The translations under genes were made by a program, and so were the position numbers. Below the pieces are notes generated by a model. That model was not told the origin of the DNA and ran no database searches. It saw only the letters and a program-made list of their open reading frames with translations. DNA of 32,686 nucleotides from an uncultured bacterium. GTDB lineage: Bacteria; CAZDME01; JAYEMH01. Location of the stretch: contig CAZDME010000008.1 of NCBI GenBank assembly GCA_964506785.1, positions 1 through 32,686 of the forward strand, given 5' to 3'. Positions 27,197 to 32,686 of the stretch are shown one piece after another (the first letter of the stretch is position 1; every line of letters starts with the position of its first letter).

Positions 27197-28495
27197 TTAA
27201 ATTTCCTCTACTCGGATAGAAACTGTTTTACCTTTAACCACATTAAGCTTATTTATTGCTTCTAAGGCCTGCCGCATATTTTCTTCAAAAGCCTGATGAG
27301 TCATCATCACAATTGGAACCGTCCGCCCCTCTCTTCTTTCCTTTTGCATCACTGAGGCAATACTAATATTTTTTTCACCCAAAATTCGGGAAATTTTAGA
27401 CAAGACTCCGGGTTTATCCAGGGTACTAAACCGGATGTAATAACGTAATTTCAATTTGTCTATACTGGTTGCTGTTTTAGAAGGTAAATTATAGAAAAAA
27501 GAGTTGGCTTTCCTATCTTTTCCGAAAGCCAGGGTTTTAGCAATACTGCAAATATCACTGACTACCGAACTGGCTGTCGGCAGTTGTCCGGCTCCGGCCC
27601 CATAAAAAATAAGTTCGCCGACCTTATCTCCTTTAAGGGAAACGGCATTAAAAATTTGTTTTACCGAAGAAAGAAGATGCCCAGCCGATAATAAGACCGG
27701 ATGAACCCGGGCTTCAATCTGGCTGCCTTTTTGTTTGGCAATGGCTAAAAGTTTAATCACGTACCCCAGCTCCCGGGCATACTGGATATCTTTTGGGGTA
27801 ATGAAATCAATCCCCTCAACATAAATATCGTCTAAACTAATGAAACTCCCAAAAATTAATGAAGCCAGAATTACTAACTTATGAGCCGAATCTAACCCGC
27901 TGATATCTAATGAGGGGTCAGCTTCGGCATATCCCTGTCTTTTTGCCTCCTCTAAGGCTTCGGCGAAGGAATACTTTTTTTCCTCCATCTGGGTAAGGAT
28001 ATAATTAGAAGTGCCGTTAATTATTCCCTCCAATTTTTCAATCCTGTTCGCCAGCAGACCTTCTTTGATAGAGAGGACTAAAGGGATCCCTCCGGCGACA
28101 CTGGCTTCAAAACCAATCTCGGCATTATTTTCCCCGGCTAATCTGAAAATTTCTTTTCCATGCTTCGCCAATAAGGCTTTATTGGCGGTTACGACCGCTT
28201 TCCCCTTTTTCAAAGCAGTCGTTATATATTGCTGGGCAGGCTTTTCTCCTCCGATTAATTCGACGACAATATCTATCTCGGGATCAGAAAGCACCTTTTG
28301 AACATCCCGGCTTAAGATTTTTTTATCAACCTTAACCGGCCTTTCCCTTTTCAGGTTTATATCCACGATAGACTTCAGGCAAATATCGGCGCCTGCTCTT
28401 TTCGAAAGATATTTCTGCCTTTCCTGCAGAATTTTTACCACACCGACTCCAACTGTCCCCCAGCCGATTAAACCGATGTTGATTTTTTTCTTCAT
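27197..28495 (-). CDS. hom: Homoserine dehydrogenase with ACT domain
   Basis: [55 protein letters not shown]. Start moved to ATG 28495 because the longer ORF overlaps tRNA-Pro. Confidence 0.97.
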   Translation of the reverse strand: MKKKINIGLIGWGTVGVGVVKILQERQKYLSKRAGADICLKSIVDINLKRERPVKVDKKILSRDVQKVLSDPEIDIVVELIGGEKPAQQYITTALKKGKAVVTANKALLAKHGKEIFRLAGENNAEIGFEASVAGGIPLVLSIKEGLLANRIEKLEGIINGTSNYILTQMEEKKYSFAEALEEAKRQGYAEADPSLDISGLDSAHKLVILASLIFGSFISLDDIYVEGIDFITPKDIQYARELGYVIKLLAIAKQKGSQIEARVHPVLLSAGHLLSSVKQIFNAVSLKGDKVGELIFYGAGAGQLPTASSVVSDICSIAKTLAFGKDRKANSFFYNLPSKTATSIDKLKLRYYIRFSTLDKPGVLSKISRILGEKNISIASVMQKERREGRTVPIVMMTHQAFEENMRQALEAINKLNVVKGKTVSIRVEEI

Positions 28496-28537
28496 CTTCT
28501 CTCCCGTTTTAAAAACAGACAGCTGTCTAATTTTTTC

Positions 28538-28614
28538 TGGTCGGGGCGATCCGATTCGAACGGACGGCCTCTCCCACCCCAAAGGAGTGCGCTGCCAAGC
28601 TGCGCTACGCCCCG
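28538..28614 (-). tRNA. tRNA-Pro(GGG)
   Basis: CGGGGCGTAGCGCAGCTTGGCAGCGCACTCCTTTGGGGTGGGAGAGGCCGTCCGTTCGAATCGGATCGCCCCGACCA. Confidence 0.95.
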
Positions 28615-28620
28615 CTGTTT

Positions 28621-28977
28621 CTATTTTGCCGGCGATAACATCCCTTCAATAAATTTCAATCCTCTTCTTACCCGCAAGAGCAAACTCTTATAGTCGCTAT
28701 CTCCCCCCTCCTTCTCATTCCTGTTTCCTTGAGCTATCTTCTTCTTTGCTCCGGCTAAACTATAGAGTTCGTCATATAAATACCCTTTAATCCTTAAAAA
28801 TTTCTCAAGCTCTCCCCGGTGATATTTCTGGGAGGGCCTTCTTTTCCTGCCTTTTTTTCTAACCTTAAACTCTTTATCCCAGTATCTGAGGACATAAGGT
28901 TTTACCTCTAAAAATTGACTTGCTTCTCCTAAGGTATAATATAGCTTTTTAGGTAAATTTTTCTCTATTTTTCTCAT
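28621..28977 (-). CDS. MerR-family HTH protein
   Basis: [38 protein letters not shown]; this subfamily commonly precedes tRNA-Pro(GGG). Confidence 0.85.
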   Translation of the reverse strand: MRKIEKNLPKKLYYTLGEASQFLEVKPYVLRYWDKEFKVRKKGRKRRPSQKYHRGELEKFLRIKGYLYDELYSLAGAKKKIAQGNRNEKEGGDSDYKSLLLRVRRGLKFIEGMLSPAK

Positions 28978-29978
28978 TCTTTTTCCGGCTTAGCCCGGCG
29001 GGTCATTAAATCTTTAACCGCCTGCCGCGGAGACTTCCCTTCAAAAAGCACCGCTTGAACTTCGGCGGTTATCGGCATTTCGATTCCTAACTTCCGGGAA
29101 AGTTCATAAGCTGCCCGGCTGGTATTTACTCCTTCAACAACCATCTCTGTCCCGGCCAGAACCTGCTTAAGAGTTTTCCCCTGCCCTATTTCTTCTCCAA
29201 GCCGCCGGTTACGGCTGTAGGGACTGATGCAGGTAGCAATCAAATCTCCGATGCCGGAAAGCCCGTTAAAGGTGGCTGAAGCAGCTCCTAAAGCTACCCC
29301 CAGTTTTCTTATCTCCACTATTCCCCGGGTTAAAAGAGCCGCTTTGGTATTGTCTCCAAATCCCAATCCGTCAGATATTCCCGCCGCCAGGGCCACAATA
29401 TTCTTAAGGGCTCCTCCTAATTCGACACCGGTCATATCTGAACTGGTATAAACCCGGAACTTTTCCGTCATAAAAAGTCTTTGAACAATTTCGGCGCACT
29501 CTAAAGATTGAGAAGCGGCCACTACCGAAGTAGGAATTTCCCGGCTAACCTCTTCGGCATGGCTTGGCCCGGATAAGACGGCCAAATTCCCCTTGCCTAA
29601 TTTCTCCTGAATAATCTCGCTTAATCTTTTCTTGCTATCTAAGTTTAATCCCTTGGAAACAGAAACTAAGAAAATACCCTTTTCTAACTTTTCCTGAACC
29701 AGCCTTTGAGAAATTTCTTCTACCGCAAATGAAGGCACGGCAATAACAATAACTTCAGCTCCATCTAAAGATAATCGGATGTCGGAGTGAATCGAAATAT
29801 CCTGCGGGATTTTTATTCCGGGAAGAAATTTCGGATTTTCTCTTTTTTCGTTTAGAACTTTAGCGTAATCGCTGAATTTCTCCCAGAGCGAAACCTTATT
29901 TCCCTTTTTATGAAGAAGAATTGCCAGGGTAGTTCCCCAGCCGCCGGCTCCTAAAACACAAATTTTATATTTAGCCAC
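28974..29978 (-). CDS. gpsA: NAD(P)H-dependent glycerol-3-phosphate dehydrogenase
   Basis: GAGGWG, SKG, LSGPSHAEEV, GGALKN, GIGDLIATC, SRN, VEG. Confidence 0.97.
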   Translation of the reverse strand: MAKYKICVLGAGGWGTTLAILLHKKGNKVSLWEKFSDYAKVLNEKRENPKFLPGIKIPQDISIHSDIRLSLDGAEVIVIAVPSFAVEEISQRLVQEKLEKGIFLVSVSKGLNLDSKKRLSEIIQEKLGKGNLAVLSGPSHAEEVSREIPTSVVAASQSLECAEIVQRLFMTEKFRVYTSSDMTGVELGGALKNIVALAAGISDGLGFGDNTKAALLTRGIVEIRKLGVALGAASATFNGLSGIGDLIATCISPYSRNRRLGEEIGQGKTLKQVLAGTEMVVEGVNTSRAAYELSRKLGIEMPITAEVQAVLFEGKSPRQAVKDLMTRRAKPEKE

Positions 29979-30627
29979 TTTTCGAAAAGGTGAGTTTCCT
30001 TTCTTGGTGCCGAAATAACCTTTTGATATTTTCCTGGTGCCGCCAAAGGATAAATATTCCTAAAATCAAACCGTATCCTATTAGGTGCTTGCCATCTAAC
30101 CAGGAAAAGTACAGCCAGATGAAAAAAGGCAAAGCTATCGCGGAAACGACTGAAGCCAGGGAAACATACCGGCTCAAAACCAGCACCAAAAACCAGACTA
30201 ACATTACTGATAGCGCCACCTGGGGAAAAAGGGCTAATAAAACTCCTAAGGTAGTCGCCACCCCTTTACCGCCCTTGAATTTAAGAAAAATAGGCCAATC
30301 ATGGCCGGTTACCGCGGCCAACCCAGTTAATAGAGATAAAGTTTCCAATTTGGGTAAATATCCGATTCCCCATGTCTGGAATCTGTACTTAGATAACCAG
30401 GCTACCAATAAAACCGCCAGGAAACCCTTAGCCATATCAATAATCAGTGTAATTAAGCCTGGTAAAAGCCCCAAAACACGCAGGGCATTGGTCGCTCCGA
30501 CATTACCGCTGCCGAGTTTACGAATATCCGTATGACTAAACAGTTTGCCAATAACATAGGCAGTGGGAAAAGCGCCGGCAAAATAGCCAAAAAGCGCCGC
30601 CAATAAAGCCGAAAAGGATACACTCAT
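29971..30627 (-). CDS. plsY: Glycerol-3-phosphate acyltransferase
   Basis: GSGNVGATNALR, DMAKG, GHDWP, GGKGVAT, RHQENIKRL. Confidence 0.96.
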   Translation of the reverse strand: MSVSFSALLAALFGYFAGAFPTAYVIGKLFSHTDIRKLGSGNVGATNALRVLGLLPGLITLIIDMAKGFLAVLLVAWLSKYRFQTWGIGYLPKLETLSLLTGLAAVTGHDWPIFLKFKGGKGVATTLGVLLALFPQVALSVMLVWFLVLVLSRYVSLASVVSAIALPFFIWLYFSWLDGKHLIGYGLILGIFILWRHQENIKRLFRHQERKLTFSKSG

Positions 30628-31166
30628 TTATTTTCGTTCAGCAGTTTACTTCCCTGATAGATATAGTTGAGCCCGGAAAGAACAGTAAACAATACCGCCA
30701 GATACCAAAAAAGATAAGAAAATCCAAAATTTAAGAGGATACTGATTACTGTCGCCATTTGAAAAAAAGTAGTAATTTTCCCTAAATGACTGGGATGAAC
30801 ATCCAGATGCCCGGTAATAAATTGAATTACCACCGCTCCCAAAACAATAATTATATCCCGGCTAATCACGGTTATTACCACCCAGTCAGGTAAAACTACC
30901 GTTAGTTTCGACTGGCTTAACGAAATAAAAGCGGTAATCAAAAGAATCTTATCGGCTAAAGGGTCGAGGATACTCCCTAATTTTGTTTTTTCCCTTTTTG
31001 CCCGGGCAATTATTCCGTCGATAAAATCAGTCAACACCGCTGAACAAAAAATAAGTAAAGCGATTATTCTAAGGTGCTCTTCGCCCGGCCCGTAATAGAT
31101 GATACAGGTAAGGAAAAAAGGCACTAAAAGTATCCTTAAAACAGTGAGCTTATTGGCTAACCGCAT
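30624..31166 (-). CDS. pgsA: CDP-alcohol phosphatidyltransferase (PgsA-like)
   Basis: ANKLTVLR, TDFIDGIIAR, GSILDPLADK, GKITT. Start moved to ATG 31166. Confidence 0.88.
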   Translation of the reverse strand: MRLANKLTVLRILLVPFFLTCIIYYGPGEEHLRIIALLIFCSAVLTDFIDGIIARAKREKTKLGSILDPLADKILLITAFISLSQSKLTVVLPDWVVITVISRDIIIVLGAVVIQFITGHLDVHPSHLGKITTFFQMATVISILLNFGFSYLFWYLAVLFTVLSGLNYIYQGSKLLNENK

Positions 31167-31170
31167 TTTT

Positions 31171-31581
31171 CTACCGATAAAAAGCAAGCACCTCTCTTAA
31201 TTTATTCCCATCTAATTCCAATTCAACCATAATCTTGTTGCCTGATAGATACTTCTTTCTTCTTACCCGGGCTTGCTGGATTAAATTAAGAACCTCAAGT
31301 TTTACCTGCGGTTTTTTTCTCATGATAGTGCCGACTCGACGCCAGGGGGTAATATACATATCTTCAATTTTCGCCATCAGGTTGAAAACGGCTTCATTAA
31401 AAGCCTCTTCGTCGGCTAAACGGCGCGCCTGTTCAGCATTATCCATTTGAAGATGAGCCACTGCTTCCCCTTGCGCCCTGATTTTTGAAGGGATAGCTTC
31501 CTTAAATGTATAAGCCAAAGGAATACAACCCTGCGTAAAAACAATCAGGAAAAAAAGTGATTTAAGTTTTAATTTATTCAC
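31171..31581 (-). CDS. Hypothetical lipoprotein
   Basis: Basic/hydrophobic signal ending in a lipobox-like TQGC; in operon context; GTG start. Confidence 0.7.
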   Translation of the reverse strand: MNKLKLKSLFFLIVFTQGCIPLAYTFKEAIPSKIRAQGEAVAHLQMDNAEQARRLADEEAFNEAVFNLMAKIEDMYITPWRRVGTIMRKKPQVKLEVLNLIQQARVRRKKYLSGNKIMVELELDGNKLREVLAFYR

Positions 31582-31585
31582 TGGT

Positions 31586-31855
31586 TTAAATACCTACCAG
31601 TTTTGATAAATGCTCTTCCGCCGGTTTAAATTTCGGGTCAAGTTCTAATGTCTTGGTAAACATCTCTTTAGCTTCAAGCAAAAGGTTTTTACCCTCATAA
31701 ACCAGACCTAGATTATAATATCCCTGCGGATTTTCCGGTTCTAATTCAATTGCTTTTTTAAAAGCTGACAGGGCTTCCTCATATCTCTGATTAAGGAAAT
31801 AAAGCTTGCCTAAATCCAGGTAATCTTCAGCCTTTTTAACTTCCTTCTTGTCCAT
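31586..31855 (-). CDS. Small TPR-repeat protein
   Basis: YLDLGKLYF..YEEALSAFKKAIELEP and YYNLGLVY..TLELDP. Confidence 0.88.
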   Translation of the reverse strand: MDKKEVKKAEDYLDLGKLYFLNQRYEEALSAFKKAIELEPENPQGYYNLGLVYEGKNLLLEAKEMFTKTLELDPKFKPAEEHLSKLVGI

Positions 31856-31857
31856 TT

Positions 31858-32031
31858 CTATCTTTGCTTTCCTGGCCGGCTGGTTTTTGCCCGTCGTTTT
31901 CTTTCGCTGGGCTTTTCATAATGCTCATGCCTTTTAATCTCTTGGATTATTCCTTCGCGGTCCACCTTCTTTTTAAAGCGGCGCAAAGCCCTCTCTAAAG
32001 GCTCATTGGGCCTTAATTCTACTTTAGACAA
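31858..32031 (-). CDS. rpsU: 30S ribosomal protein S21
   Basis: [32 protein letters not shown] start at 32031 after RBS AAGGGGTG. Confidence 0.95.
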   Translation of the reverse strand: MSKVELRPNEPLERALRRFKKKVDREGIIQEIKRHEHYEKPSERKRRAKTSRPGKQR

Positions 32032-32296
32032 TTTTCTTAACACCCCTTTCTTAAATATACCATCCACAAATTGCAATAACCTCATCTGCCGTCATACAAA
32101 TGATAATTAAGCTATCAGGTTGCCGGGAGCTCAAACATTCTTCATCAAAATACCAGCTTATCGGGGTTTTCCTGATTTCCTAATTTCCCGACATCCTTCA
32201 TTCCTACTTACTGATAATCCAATATCCCCACTTTCCCGGTAATTCAATCATTGTGGATTAACGGCGAGATTTTAATCCATATATCATTAATAGCAT

Positions 32297-32325
32297 AATA
32301 TAGCATAGTTCGTTCCCTTTGTAAA
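32297..32325 (-). promoter_or_regulatory. Putative sigma70 promoter for the rpsU operon
   Basis: TTTACA (32325-32320), 17-nt spacer, TATATT (32302-32297) with TGn extension. Confidence 0.55.
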
Positions 32326-32460
32326 GGGATGAATTTTTGCAGTTATGTCAAGATAATTGGGCGCTTTCATATTGAAGCTTTCTGATTTTAGGCTCTTTGA
32401 TAAAGGCAAATCTGTAATCAGGCATATCCTTTTCTGGCTGTTGTCCCTGCCTAAATTGAC

Positions 32461-32673
32461 TTATGATACCATATACCCAAAGAGTAAGGCTTTGTTCCGA
32501 TTTAAAATACCCTTGACCTTTATCCGTCTCCTGATTTCTTCCAACTCTCGCTCTAAGTGGTTGGTGGTGCTGATAAAATCCTTATCATCACTAAAATCAT
32601 ATTTGTATATCTTGCTTGCCTGAAACATCATCTCCCGCCGATTCTTTGCTTTATGTCTAATACTTTTAGACAC
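32461..32673 (-). CDS. Hypothetical protein or gene fragment
   Basis: 70-aa ORF on the same strand as all other genes; no recognisable motif. Confidence 0.3.
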   Translation of the reverse strand: MSKSIRHKAKNRREMMFQASKIYKYDFSDDKDFISTTNHLERELEEIRRRIKVKGILNRNKALLFGYMVS

Positions 32674-32686
32674 ATCCCTAAGTTTA

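Noticed and set aside
28496-28582. Extended N-terminus of hom from the ORF track (likewise for ribD, ribH, thrC, pgsA and rpsU)
   Set aside because: The extensions overlap a tRNA, a leader, a repeat or the upstream gene; downstream starts fit the family N-termini and mostly have better RBSs.
1504-32623. All plus-strand ORFs in the track (e.g. 9088-9495, 20595-21014, 29990-30535) and short nested minus-strand ORFs
   Set aside because: They are antisense or alternate-frame shadows of well-supported minus-strand genes and have no recognisable motifs.

Overview
Bacterial core-genome window with essentially all genes on the minus strand; the lineage cannot be assigned from sequence alone. Gene order in transcription direction (right to left): rpsU, TPR protein, lipoprotein, pgsA, plsY, gpsA, MerR-like HTH, tRNA-Pro, then a threonine/isoleucine cluster (hom, an embedded pilin, thrC, an ApgM-like putative homoserine kinase, aspartokinase with an internal beta-subunit start, cimA). 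Next come bioY, gltX, a DHH phosphoesterase, an S2P-CBS protease, tRNA-Arg, a PilZ protein, lgt, smc and an AmmeMemoRadiSam system. These are followed by an FMN-riboswitch-controlled rib operon with nusB, tRNA-Val/Asp/Phe, glmS, a broken tRNA-Thr and the start of an ArsR-family gene. The most unusual signal is a dispersed family of short palindromic insertions with conserved ends CCCCGTTAG(A)...(T)CTAACGGGG, 4-bp T..A flanks and mutually unrelated interiors. Copies sit in a tRNA anticodon loop, in loop L6 of the FMN riboswitch, in frame inside a protein gene (+30 aa), and as a decayed intergenic copy; no transposase is present in the window. Also notable: tandem NrdR-box-like sites over the smc promoter and a deaminase-only RibD.
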